Source of the DNA: Nemertoderma westbladi | Lineage: Eukaryota > Animalia > Xenacoelomorpha | Assembly: GCA_032718475.1 (NCBI GenBank) | Contig: JAUCBJ010008954.1 | Span: forward strand, 1 to 64,000 | Direction of reading: 5' to 3' | DNA length: 64,000 nucleotides | Part shown: in pieces, positions 23,733 through 36,126 of the stretch | Layout of the letters: each line of letters begins with the position of its first letter | How positions within the stretch are numbered: the stretch's first letter is position 1 | Made by a program: the position numbers and the translations under genes | The notes under the pieces: model-generated | Databases searched by the model: none | What the model was told of the DNA's origin: nothing | The model's input: only the letters and a program-made list of their open reading frames with translations

Positions 23733-24473
23733 CTAGAAAAATAAGGAACTAAAAGATAAAGAAACATGGTGTGGCTTGGGAAAATAATGAAGGAGTTAAC
23801 TGTGGAAGACCACCCATGGTAGAGAACAGGCATAACATGCTGTGTGAATGAATATCCATAATTGGATTTCACATTGAGTATATTAACTAATCAGCTTTAA
23901 GGAGTTATTATGATAAATAAATCATATAATCAATATATTTAGATTAATCGTTTATATTCTGTTTTTCAATTAACTACAAAGACGTGTTGGAAACAATAAA
24001 AATGTAACTTCAAACTGACACCTGTTAACCAGAAAAGCATTTAAGAATTTTATCTGCATAGATAGCTGGAAGTACCCTCCTCTCTAAACAGGAGGTCCGG
24101 CGCTAGGGAAATTACTTGCCAATTCAATTGGCTTTTCGGTGATTATTATCACCTTTATTGGTAAACAAATGTTTACTACTTACTAATTAGTAAGCATTAA
24201 CTTGAGAGTTAAAAATAAAAGCACCCTGGGTTTATTTGACTTCCTTTTGACTTCCGTTTGAACTGTAACAAATTTATGTGATTTAAATCTGACCTCTCTA
24301 ACATTTTATTAAATATACAATGTAAATAAGACAATATGATAATGCTCTGCTCTCCATAGCGAAAAATATCAACCGGCCCTATTGGGGCTCGAACCCGGTA
24401 CCTAGGTTACAATTCATTTATTATTATTAAACATTTTATAATTTTTCCAAACTTTCAAACTATAGAATCTCAC

Positions 24474-25466
24474 CTTCTCCTCCTCTGTAACACAATGTTT
24501 CATCGTCCGCTCCACTCCGTCGATCAGCAACTGAACAGCGTCCGGAATCAACCGGAACCGACACGGTATGTCCGCCCGGAATACCCCGCTCTCCAATGCT
24601 TCCACACACGCCCCAACGTAAGTCTCAGACTCCAATAGATGCCCATCTTCGCTCAACTTATGCAAATCGCTCTCCTGTTTATTCGGGTAAATAATATTAA
24701 CCTGGAAGGCCTGAACCATCAGAAGGGCTTCGCACAGCGTCCCGGAACCTTTCCGGAGAACCTCGTCCGGTTGCATGGGGATGATTGTACACAACGCGAA
24801 GATAAACGGATTCACGTACTTCTTATACAGGTAGTAGGTGGCCACGGCGTCGCTTACCGAGTAGTTGGCAAGCACCTGGGGTTGATCCCGGGCCATCCGA
24901 CACATATCCTCCGGGTCCAACTCCACCGGATGGTATCGCAGCTTCGCACGCGTCGCCGCTTTTAGGTTCTGACTCCCGACCGGTAGGTAACTGTCGCGTT
25001 TAACCCAGCGGAAGGCGTCCATGTGGACGCAGCTGCGGGAGCGGTACTCCCCCTGCGAGTCGGCCGTGAAGCCAATTTCGGCAGTGAGATTCAACCCGCG
25101 GAGTTCGCAACGCTTCTCCACGAAGGGCCAATCGAACGCGTCGCCGTTGTACGTGACAATGATGTTGGGTTTAACTTCGGCGACGTGGTCGAGGAATCTC
25201 CGTAGAAGAGCGAGTTCGTCGTCCTCGTTAAATACGACGAATGGACCCGGGAACTCCGACCGAGGCGTGTATTCGAAGTCGTCTACGTCGGCGGACACGA
25301 TATCCCGATTGGTGATCAGGTAGCCCTGGCCGTCGATCATGTAGGAGATCATCATGATCTGGTCGGTTTCCACGACGGGGAACTTCAGCGGGAGTTTCGT
25401 CGTCTCGATATCGAAGGCGAGGACAACCGGGTCCGGCCGGTCTAGGAGGTCCGGACGGTGGGTCAC
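24474..25466 (-). CDS. POLE: POLE exon 2 (proofreading exonuclease)
   Basis: [52 protein letters not shown] boundaries, phase 0. Confidence 0.96.
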
Positions 25467-26224
25467 CTGGAGTGGAGAGGAAATAATTTGTGGTTGTTTC
25501 AAACACAGGTCATCCAAAATCTAAGGTCAGCCGCAAATACTCTATTACAGATATTCTATCTCTCTAAATTATCTGGAATATTTTCTGTACCGGTATAGAG
25601 AAACATGCATGTGCAGAAAAAAGGAAGCATGTTTGAATCCGGTGCGGCCGCACGGCATGTATTTATAATATAATTTATCTGTTGCAATCTCGAAAATTGA
25701 AAGGCAATATTGTAATTTTAACTGCGTTTTTAATAGTAAACAAATAATAAAATTGTAAGTAAAAGTGTTATATTCCGAGCAGAATGGGCAAAAAAACCAA
25801 CTTAATATTAACTACCAGTACAACATATTCAAGATTGGGTTTTGTGGAAAAAAAAGATAGGAATAAACAATTACTAAATTAAATGATTTATTCAAACACT
25901 GTTCAATGAAAAGTTATCATATAATTGACCTTTTAATAAACTATGAATTAATTAATCAACTAAATATTCATCACGGAATGGCAAATGGGTTCATATTCCA
26001 AATAACTTTGTGTAACTAAACTAGAAATGTGAAAATTGGCTTACCGGTAATAGCAATAGGCCTAATAAAAAAATTACATTAAATTAAAAATTGCAAATTA
26101 AATTCCGAAACATAATTAAATTAACTTATATTATACTGTTATGTTATAGTGTTATACTGTTATAATATTCTCAAGTTTCGGAAATCTAACAGAACACAGA
26201 AACAATAAAATTAGAATAACCAAC

Positions 26225-27019
26225 CTCTGGAGCGGGGCAGTTGGAACGGATACGTACGGAGTACCAACGTGCGACGTTAATACGCAAATCGATGGCGCAA
26301 CGTACGTGGTAAGGCACATCGTACTCCCGGATACCAACAAGGTTATCCAGCTGACTGCCGTGCCGAGCATCGCCCCTAGTGTGCGAGCCTTCCGAGTAGT
26401 GACTCGTTAACATATCCGTGTAGATGTTTGACTGTTTCTCTTGCTCGCGATTCTTTCGGATGTGGGGAAATAAATCCCGCTTAACTTTCATTAAATCCAC
26501 CGTGGTGCTGAAATAAAGTTTGAGAAATAACGCCTTAATCCCAGTCAAGTGGTTCCCCATCTCTAAATCTTCCTTCCAAACCAATTCGATTCCGGTTAAG
26601 ATTCCTGCGAATTTCTTTGATAAAAAGGAAGATACGTCATGATGAGTTTCTTCCTTAGCGGATATATAGAAATAGGGAGCAAACGGGTACGATATTTTGA
26701 ACGTGGAGCCATCTTCTCGTAGGAAATAGTAGTCCATAGCGGAGACAAGTTTCTGGTCTTCGTCTAGTAATTCGGTTTGCTGCATGTTGATTAGCCAGCC
26801 GACGTATTCCCCGGGTTGCGTGACTCGCGTGAACCCGAATCGGCGGTCCATCTCGTCGTTGGTTTGCGTCTTCGCGAACCGACTTTCAGACGAATCTCCG
26901 CCGTCCGCCCCCGGATCCGCGTATCTCTTGCCCGTATTCCCGGCGCCGAAGGATTTCGTCGATTTATTGTTGCCAGTTTGGCCCGCAGGCTTTTTAAATT
27001 TCGATTGTCGATAAGACAT
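26225..27019 (-). CDS. POLE: POLE exon 1
   Basis: GWLINM, PYFYI, KEDL..NHL.G, IREYDVPYHVR. The six exons sum to 6753 nt, i.e. 2250 aa plus stop. Confidence 0.94.
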
Positions 27020-27097
27020 TGCAGTTTGCGCTGTTGTACCCCACAGTCTGACAGTAGATAGTCAGATAGTTGTTTTTCAGTGTTTGTGTACCGATAG

Positions 27098-27847
27098 TAG
27101 GGCTCGATCGGAGCTCCGGCCTCCGGCTCCGGCTCCGGCCATTTTGGCACATCCGGCTCCTGCTCCGGCTCCGGTAAAAATATTGCCGGAGTTAATTTTT
27201 TAATAAAGTATTATATTTCGTGCATATTCTAATCGGAACAATTATTTACACTATAAATAGGCCTACTGTAGTACAGCTTCAATATCAAGCACAATACTGC
27301 AGTATTTACTTAAAGTCAATGACTGACTGACCGTTGACTGTACTGCAGTACTGGTACTGGCCAGCTGGCTGACTAGCAGACTGTTACAGATAGGCCCTAC
27401 TGTAAAAAATTTTAAATGCTATGATTGTACACTGTACCACTGCAGCCATTTACTGCTGTCATGCCAGCATACTGTACTGCAGTACCGGTACTGGTACAGG
27501 TACGGTAGGCTACCTACAGTACACAACACACCTCCTACCACAATTAGACAGTTAGTGAGTTAGGTAACTGTAGGTAATTTTTAGCCGTCAGCGTCAGGCC
27601 GTCTGTCCGTGATAAATTAATTACTTAAATTTTAAATTGAAAATTCGTAAATCTATAAATTATGAAATTAATTAGAAATTAATGATTGATTATGAGCGAT
27701 TGGCGAACGATAACCATACTTTATTTATTTTTTAATAAAATTAAATTTTTAAAATTTTCGAAAAACTCCGGCTCCGGCTCCGGCCAAATTGTCCAACTCC
27801 GGCTCCTGCTCCGGCTCCGGCCAAATCCCAACTCCGATCGAGCCCTA
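27098..27847. mobile_element. hAT MITE
   Basis: TIR TAGGGCTCGATCGGAG / CTCCGATCGAGCCCTA, 8-bp TSD ACCGATAG (27090-27097, 27848-27855), CTCCGG subterminal repeats. Confidence 0.92.
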
Positions 27848-28806
27848 ACCGATAGTCTTATAGTTCCTGTCGAAGTCAGGCGCAGGCCTAACCACTAACC
27901 TTCCACAACTGCACAATGCGGACTAGCAGAACTCTGTTATTCTGTTATTGTCTCTGATTAATCAGTTTACCGCCATGCAATTGAAAATCCCGCTAAACAT
28001 TATATATATTTTCAGCACTTTTTAACCAATGAAAGTAACTATCTGACTATAGTACTGTAGTAATAAGAAATATTCAATTAACAACGATGTCGATATATCG
28101 AAAATTCAGAACATAAACTACTGTAGAAACACTGTGAAACGAACCTGCCAAACCTCCCACCAGTAAGTAACACACAACATTCATCTACCGCTAGTGTAGT
28201 GATCATCAATATGAGGTCGTGTCGTGTACGGTACTATATTTTTATGAATTTTTATAATTAACTCAAAATATTCTCTATACTGCAAGCTGCAACTTCCAAT
28301 ATGCACATATTTTCATTTTCTGTTTAGCATAGCGACACCCAACACGTTAAAACTCAAAGTTGCATAGCAACATAGTTCAAATGAGAAACATTAGATTAAG
28401 TCACAAATTGTTGTACACTGTAGTGGTTTCATTGAATTCACATCTCTCTGGAGGTCGTGTGTTCGATCCCCGCGGGAATGTCACATGTTTGTTTTTAAAA
28501 CGCGCGCAAAAACGTTTGTTTCACCTCCAAAGGCGCACGGTTTTATTATTTACGGGGTGTAAAAATACACAAATTGATTAATTTCTCCTCCTATTTTAGT
28601 GGATATTATAAGTGAACATATTTATGTGATTTTACCCTCCCCCTAGCGATTGCTTGGAATAAGAGGGGATTTAAATATACAATTACGTTGTAATAAATAT
28701 AATTCCTCTCACTAATGATTGGCTGATATAGGAGTAAATTTAAATATACAACTGCGTTGTAATAAATCCGCTCGCTAATGGTTGGCTGAAAGTACAGCAT
28801 CCACAC

Positions 28807-29226
28807 CAGAGGCGTAGCGAGGGGGGGGGGGGGGGTGCTCACCCGGAAGCGCTAAAATGCCAGGCAAATGTCAGGGTATTCTTGTAATAATAAGACAAAT
28901 CATTGAAAATTCAGGGATTGTGATACAGTATACAGGACATGTATCATAAGCGAAAAATGTAAAAATTTTCTCTGCTCGCTTCGCTCGCCATTCAATATAC
29001 AGTATTATAATTTCACTATATCAAACTTGTGTATAATAGATTTGATATAGTTATATACTTTTAGTAAACTGTTTTTTAGATGTTTTTTTAAAATTATATT
29101 CTGTTATATAATATTAAAAAAAAACGGCATAAATTAAAAGTTAAAATTATTGAAGGTGGGGGGGGGGGGGGGGGGGCTATCTCAGCTTTATTCCCTTGGG
29201 CGCCAGAATGGCTCGCTACGCCTCTG
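28807..29226. mobile_element. hAT MITE
   Basis: TIR CAGAGGCGTAGCGAG / CTCGCTACGCCTCTG, 8-bp TSD ATCCACAC. Confidence 0.92.
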
Positions 29227-29304
29227 ATCCACACCCAAGGGATTGGATGATTCATCGAAATATAATAAGAGTCCTGTTTGAATATGACAGTCTGTTGTCT
29301 TTGT

Positions 29305-29368
29305 CTAGTACTACTACTAGGATCGGCATGCTGCATTGCAGTTGCATTTTTTAAAATGCTGTGCCGGT
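29305..29368 (-). mobile_element. Extreme 3' fragment of the RTE-like LINE
   Basis: Reverse complement of the 34648-34708 LINE end (CCGGCACAGCATT...GCATGCCGATCCTAGTAG). Confidence 0.8.
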
Positions 29369-29384
29369 TTTTTAGATTGGCTAG

Positions 29385-31525
29385 TAGATATGGTGCAGCC
29401 CCCATTTGGGAGTAGATGTGATGCAGGTACCATTGGGGAGTATATGTGTTGCAACCACCGTCAGTGAGTAGATGTGGTGCAGCTACCGTCAGTGAGTAGA
29501 AGTGGTGCAGCTACCGTTTGGGAGTAGATATGATTCAGCCACCCTTTGGGTGATGTGGTGCAGCCGCCATTGGCTTGTAGATGTGGTGCAGGTACCATTG
29601 GGGAGTATATGTGTTGCAACCACCGTCAGTGAGTAGATGTGGTGCAGCTACCGTCAGTGAGTAGAAGTGGTGCAGCTACCGTTTGGGAGTAGATATGATT
29701 CAGCCACCCTTTGGGTGATGTGGTGCAGCCGCCATTGGCTTGTAGATGTGATGCAGGCACCATTGGAGAGTATATGTGTTGCAACCACCGTCAGTGAGTA
29801 GATGTGGTGCAGCTACCGTCAGTGAGTAAATGTGGTGCAACTACCGTTTGGGAGTAGATATGATTCAGCCACCCTTTGGGTGATGTGGTGCAGCCGCCAT
29901 TGGCTTGTAGATGTGATGCAGGCACCATTGGAGAGTATATGTGTTGCAACCACCGTCAGTGAGTAGATGTGGTGCAGCTACCGTCAGTGAGTAGATGTGG
30001 TGCAGCTACCGTTTGGGAGTAGATATGATGCAGGCACCATTGGAGAGTATATGTGTTGCAGTCACCGTCAGTGAGTAGATGTGGTGCAGCTACCGTCAGT
30101 GAGTAAATGTGGTGCAACTACCGTTTGGGAGTAGATATGATTCAGCCACCCTTTGGGTGATGTGGTGCAGCCGCCATTGGCTTGTAGATGTGATGCAGGC
30201 ACCATTGGAGAGTATATGTGTTGCAACCACCGTCAGTGAGTAGATGTGGTGCAGCTACCGTCAGTGAGTAGATGTGGTGCAGCTACCGTTTGGGAGTAGA
30301 TATGATTCAGCCACCCTTTGGGTGATGTGGTGCAGCCGCCATTGGCTTGTAGATGTGGTGCAGCCCCCATTTGGGAGTAGATGTGATGCAGGCACCATTG
30401 GAGAGTATATGTGTTGCAGTCACCGTCAGTGAGTAGATGTGGTGCAGCTACCGTCAGTGAGTAGATGTGGTGCAGCTACCGTTTGGGAGTAGATATGATT
30501 CAGCCACCCTTTGGGTGATGTGGTGCAGCCGCCATTGGCTTGTAGATGTGGTGCAGCCCCCATTTGGGAGTAGATGTGATGCAGGCACCATTGGAGAGTA
30601 TATGTGTTGCAGTCACCGTCAGTGAGTAGATGTGGTGCAGCTACCGTCAGTGAGTAGATGTGGTGCAGCTACCGTTTGTGAGTAGATATAATTCAGCCAC
30701 CCTTTGGGTGATGTGGTGCAGCCGCCATTTGGGAATAGATGTGATGCAGGCACCATTGGAGAGTATATGTGTTGCAGTCACCGTCAGTGAGTAGATGTGG
30801 TGCAGCTACCGTCAGTGAGTAGATGTGGTGCAGCTACCGGTTGGGAGTAGATATGATTCAGTCACCCTTTGGGTGATGTGGTGCAGCCGCCATTGGCTTG
30901 TAGATGTGGTGCAGCCGCAGCCCCCATTTGGGAGTAGATGTGATGCAGGCACCATTGGAGAGTATATGTGTTGCAGCCACCGTCAGTGAGTAGATGTGGT
31001 GCAGCTACCGTCAGTGAGTAAATGTGGTGCAACTACCGTTTGGGAGTAGATATGATTCAGCCACCCTTTGGGTGATGTGGTGCAGCCGCCATTTGGGAGT
31101 AGATGTGATGCAGGCACCATTGGAGAGTATATGTGTTGCAGTCACCGTCAGTGAGTAGATGTGGTGCAGCTACCGTCAGTGAGTAGATGTGGTGCAGCTA
31201 CCGTTTGGGAGTAGATATGATTCAGCCACCCTTTGGGTGATGTGGTGCAGCCGCCATTGGCTTGTAGATGTGGTGCAGCCCCCATTTGGGAGTAGATGTG
31301 ATGCAGGCACCATTGGAGAGTATATGTGTTGCAGCCACCGTCAGTGAGTATGTAGATGTGGTGCAGCTACCGTCAGTGAGTAAATGTGGTGCAGCTACCG
31401 TTTGGGAGTAGATATGATTCAGCCACCCTTTGGGTGATGTGGTGCAGCCACCGTTGGGGAGTAGGCATAGATGTGGCGCAGCCACCATTGGGGGTAGATG
31501 TGGTAGGACCTACTGCCACCATTGA
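29385..31525. repeat. Satellite of ~25-28-bp subunits in a ~165-bp higher-order repeat
   Basis: Subunit GAGTAGATGTGGTGCAGCTACCGTCAGT. The marker TGATTCAGCC recurs at 29531, 29696 and 29861. Confidence 0.95.
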
Positions 31526-32546
31526 GGTGTACTATGTGGTAAATAAAATCACAAAATGCGAATCATAAAATCACATAAATGTGCCCATTTATATCATCCC
31601 CTTTATCAATTTGGGTATTATTACACCACGTAAATAATAAAACCGTGCGCTTTTGGAGGTGAAATAAATGTTTTTGCGCGCTACTTAATGTAGCGGGGTT
31701 TTAAAACTGAATGTATGCCACACTCTGGGGCCAGGGCAGTTATCGTTTCGGTACGACACAAATGCTTTAAAGGGACTTACCCGCTGCGCATCCCTTCCTT
31801 GTATCCTTAATGGTAACTAAATGAGTAGGGTCTTCTCGAGTTTATACTAGTATATGAAAGATAATGAATCGATCTGTCGAGTGTGTCTTTGGCTTTTAAA
31901 CCCCGTGTCTATGAAATTGTTAACGTGTTGTCAAAAATTATAATTTGATAAAGTCATTCAACTTTGAAGTCATTTTTCTCCCGGCATGGTCGAAAAATAC
32001 CTTCACCGTTGTCCTACATACAAATTGTCTGAGATGTTGCTATGTTTAGGGGTTTCAAAATTAAAAAAAATTTCCGTGTTTCTATTTTGAGGAAATTTTT
32101 CTGAAATACTACTCAACCAACTGCGGCATTTTTCAAGATCGGAATTTGTGGGGAATAAACACCATACTGCACCTCCGAATGAAAATTTGTATAAAAAAGT
32201 AAAAACGTCAATGGTGCCCAGCCCACATCATTCCGATTCATAATCACCATGCTCCGAAATATATTTTAATGTATTTTTGATGATTATATATATAAATTTA
32301 CTGTATATATAAAAAAAAATTCAAATTTATTTGGGTATATTTTGTTGGTTGAATGTTAGCAACAAACCGAAATTCTGGAATAGGCAATATTTAATCAATA
32401 TGTATTATTAATTAGCATTGTACATAAGCAAACATGTAGGCCCTACAGTAACTACCGGTATGTAACGGTTTAAGCATGAATTTTAACAGTAGGAAGGCGG
32501 ATCTTACGTAGAAACTACATCCACAGAACCAATAATAAATTGTAAT

Positions 32547-33437
32547 ATGTCGCTAATGTCCGTTGTAACACGTCTTGCAATTCTGGCGTCGATGGCAGGT
32601 ACTGCAGTACTCGCCGCTGTCGCATTCAATAATCAACAACTCCATCCCATCTTGCTCATGCAACCTTCGTTAGAATTAACACCAAAGGTGCAGATAGGTG
32701 TCATATGGTGGTATCTAATTAAATTAATGGGATGGGTGTCTGTCTTCAAACTCGCCCAATATAGCGTAGGTGATCAAGAAAATACGACAATGCTGCTCTT
32801 ATTCTACACGATATTCGGCCACCATTCATTCAACACGTTTCTCTACAGATTAAAGAGATATGGCTCTGTAGTTGAATACCTCTGTACATTTCTATTTCTA
32901 CAAGTTATTATAGAAGCATGTTTACTTAGCATAACGATATTTCCATTAACTTCGGCATACGTGGCGTATGTAAACGGACCTCTATTTACAAGTAAATTTT
33001 ATCCCGACGAACTGCGTTTGCCTTTTGCTTACGTGACTTACGTTTTAACGCAAGGCATTGCGTTAGGGAGCTTCTTGTGCGACTTGTACGGGACAATTTA
33101 CATCAGCGGACGTTCAGTTGAGGAAACGCTAGCTAGCATATTCAATGAAATTAGTGGAACAGGTACATTAATGCCGGCCGTCCACCCAAAGTACAGAAGT
33201 AAATGTCTAACTATAAAACAGCCGTTTTCTTTACCACCAATTCAGACTGGACATTTTATTCAGCATGATTTAAACCGAGCACAACCGATTAGAAAACCTA
33301 AACAGAAACAATGTGAATGCGGCTTAAATTACACATCAACGCAAGAAAAGGATTGCTGCCTTAAATGTATATGCCCAAAAAATTGCACCTGTCGTAAACA
33401 CGAAGTTAAAACAAAGGGACCTGCGCGTACAAAATAA
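32547..33437 (+). CDS. Uncharacterised multi-pass membrane protein with Cys-rich tail
   Basis: 296-aa ATG ORF in AT-rich DNA with several hydrophobic segments and a C-terminal CEC...CC..CICPKNCTC. Confidence 0.6.
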   Translation: MSLMSVVTRLAILASMAGTAVLAAVAFNNQQLHPILLMQPSLELTPKVQIGVIWWYLIKLMGWVSVFKLAQYSVGDQENTTMLLLFYTIFGHHSFNTFLYRLKRYGSVVEYLCTFLFLQVIIEACLLSITIFPLTSAYVAYVNGPLFTSKFYPDELRLPFAYVTYVLTQGIALGSFLCDLYGTIYISGRSVEETLASIFNEISGTGTLMPAVHPKYRSKCLTIKQPFSLPPIQTGHFIQHDLNRAQPIRKPKQKQCECGLNYTSTQEKDCCLKCICPKNCTCRKHEVKTKGPARTK

Positions 33438-33735
33438 CTACTAATATTGTCTGAATCACAATTACTACTTACCTTTTCAATAATTAAACAATGCAATAAC
33501 TTATATGCAATTTAGTTGCTGTAGGGTCTACTACTCAAGGCAGTCAAGGCTTCCAAAACGTCAGGAATTTAATCGCTACTGTAACTGGAATAAATAGGCT
33601 ATTTCACAGTATATAAGGTACTGTAAGTAGTCTCAGTGGAAACTTCATGGTGTTAATGCTCAAGATAGTTATTAAATTCCGGCTGCATGGCAATTGTTTA
33701 GGACATCTTGGCTCCACTCAATCCATTTAGTGATA

Positions 33736-34708
33736 TTGCGCCATTCTTGTTCATAATTATGGTTGAATTTGTTCTACGCATGACCTTAGATCATCACAAT
33801 GATGATGGTGGGTGAAGGTAACTCCACCTACTGGCTCCAAAGGTCGAGGAAATCCTGCCAAGTACCTAACTGATCTAGACTTCTGATGAATTGAGTACTC
33901 TCAGAATCACTAGAGGGAGCCCAACGGCTCCTCAGCTCATTAGAACAGGCTGCTTCTAGTGTTGGTCTTTTTATTAACTCCAAAAAGACCAAAATTTTGA
34001 CAGTTAACTTTGAAAGCCCTCAGCAAGTATCTGACCAGAGGATCATAAGCTCAAAGGATGGTATGCTTGATCATGTGGACGATTTCTCGTACCTGGGATC
34101 ATGGATCCGGAAGTCAGGTGACGTTCGGAAAGGTGACCTTCGAATATGTAAGGGAAAGGCATGGGCAGCCTTGAATAGGATTTTTCCAGGATTTGGAAGT
34201 CACCGAGAATTAATCGGAAACTTAAGGTCCGATTATTTAGAGCAGCAGTAGTTCCAGTACTTATCTATGGGAGTCCATGCTGGGCTGTAACTGCTGAGGA
34301 CACCAAATCTCTGGATGGCACATTCACGAGAATGCTACGCCGGGTTCACTATGTCTAGTACAATGCACACATCTCCAACCAGACACTATATAACATTGGA
34401 GGTGTCTCATTGGTTCCCCCAAGCTTGACACTAGAACAAAATCGCCTCCGCTTTGCAGGACATTGCTTTCGCCGTGAGGATCAGTGCATAATCTTGTGCT
34501 TTGGCAGACTCATGGAGTGAATAAGCATGGTGGACAGCCCATGACTTTCTTGAGACGCATCTTAAAGGACACTGGCATTGAAGATGCGGATGATCTAGCA
34601 AATGTCATGTTTGATAGGGAGTTGTGGCGGCGCAATTTTGTCGACAAGCCGGCACAGCATTCTTAAAACTGCAGCTGCAATGCAGCATGCCGATCCTAGT
34701 AGAAGTAG
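33736..34708 (+). mobile_element. 5'-truncated, degenerate RTE-like LINE
   Basis: APFLF, LTDLD, DDFSYLGSWI, RLRFAGHC, LVLWQ..HG, with frameshifts and stops; (TAG)n-type tail. Confidence 0.88.
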
Positions 34709-34959
34709 TTATTTACGGTTGTGGGCCTTGAGTATTTTCCATCAGCTAGTAAACTAATATACAATAACTAAAGAGATAAAAAAATGCAATAAATATAACT
34801 AAATAATGTGTTAACATTATTCATTTAGGAAATACAATTTTTACTTAAAGAAAAATTGCAAGTAAATTATATATCTTTATTTACTAGTAAACATGATATA
34901 ACACATTATTATGTAGTTTTCCTAAACTATATCCAAAAGTGGTGTGACACAGACAATAG

Positions 34960-35439
34960 TTAGTCTCTTACGATATAGAATGTATTTGCTCTAGAGATTG
35001 CGAATGTCTAGAGGAATATAGAGCAAAAACACCACCTAGACCGAAAACACCACCTAGACCGAAAACACCTCCACGATCGAAAACACCCACTAGACCAAAG
35101 ACACCTCCCGCAAGACGTAGACCAAGAACTCCTAGTAAACAGTGCTGCACATCGAACTGTCAATGTCGCAGGAATCGCACCAGCTCAGATCGAGCGGAGA
35201 CCCAACAAATGAGCGGGTCCGTCTACAACTGCGAGTGCCCTAAGTATTGCAACTGCCGTACGTCGTCAGATATAACCGCGCACTCGGATATTGAGATACC
35301 ACCCATTCGTGTTCCGTGTTCGATGGCACTGCCGTACCAAATAGGGGTGAACTGCGACGCTGATATCGTTACCGCTATCAATGAAAACGTGAAACGAACA
35401 ACAGCACAGATTACTAGGTCATATTGGGATAACGATTAA
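34960..35439 (+). CDS. Probable exon encoding a Cys-rich protein with KTPPRP repeats
   Basis: Open frame after TAG at 34957: IECICSRDCEC, (KTPPRP)x5, CCTSNCQC, CECPKYCNC. Same CxCPKxCxC motif as the end of 32547-33437. Confidence 0.55.
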   Translation, partial: LVSYDIECICSRDCECLEEYRAKTPPRPKTPPRPKTPPRSKTPTRPKTPPARRRPRTPSKQCCTSNCQCRRNRTSSDRAETQQMSGSVYNCECPKYCNCRTSSDITAHSDIEIPPIRVPCSMALPYQIGVNCDADIVTAINENVKRTTAQITRSYWDND

Positions 35440-36053
35440 CTCGAAGACTATTAATTACAGCTGAATATCAGAAGAAGAACTTAATTTATTAGTTATTATG
35501 TAGTTTTAGACGTTTTGTATGTGAAATTATTATTATAAATAATATATAAGAAAAAATAAATAACACGCATACATGGTCTGATTTCATTTCATGATATCGA
35601 CTCGATTGACATGTAAAGTATACCAGACTTTCAGTTATTATATTTCACTTTGCAGTAACACACATGTGAAGAATTAATACCATTCCGGAATATAACCAAA
35701 ATAAATAAATTGGACAATAAGAAGAAAATTAGTAAATCTTTATGTATAAAATTACAATAAAATTTCAACCGAAAAGTGAAAACCTGGTAATTTATATGAC
35801 TCAATATTAATTTTGATATAACCAATATTATAATGTATGAATAAGTACGAAGATCCGGGAATTTAGTTCGCTAGCGGCTTCAGCATTGTTGCCAATGTAG
35901 TCAGTACCTTTCGGCGAGGTCGAGTCGCCGCAGACCTGCCTCGTCTCCAAACCCGAGGGCTTGATGATTTTTATCATAAAAAATATGAAACTATATTTAA
36001 GGTAATATCTAGCTAGGCCTAAGGTACCCCTTGAAATCATCAAAAATTAAGTC

Positions 36054-36126
36054 CGAGCGTGACAGAAGTCGAACCTGGGATCTCCTGCTCCGTAGGCAGA
36101 CGCGTTATCCACTGCGCCACACACCC
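36054..36126 (-). tRNA. tRNA-Arg(ACG) gene or pseudogene
   Basis: 73-nt cloverleaf: GGGTGTG/CACGCTC acceptor stem, TCTGC-CT ACG GA-GCAGG anticodon arm, GGTTCGAC T-loop, downstream T5. The T-stem is mismatched. Confidence 0.65.

Larger units (their letters stand above)
28499..31700. mobile_element. Non-autonomous TIR element with TTAA flanks (Kolobok-like)
   Basis: An ~80-bp imperfect inverted repeat (28501-28578 vs 31605-31680), TTAA at 28495-28498 and 31701-31704, AA...TT termini. Confidence 0.6.
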
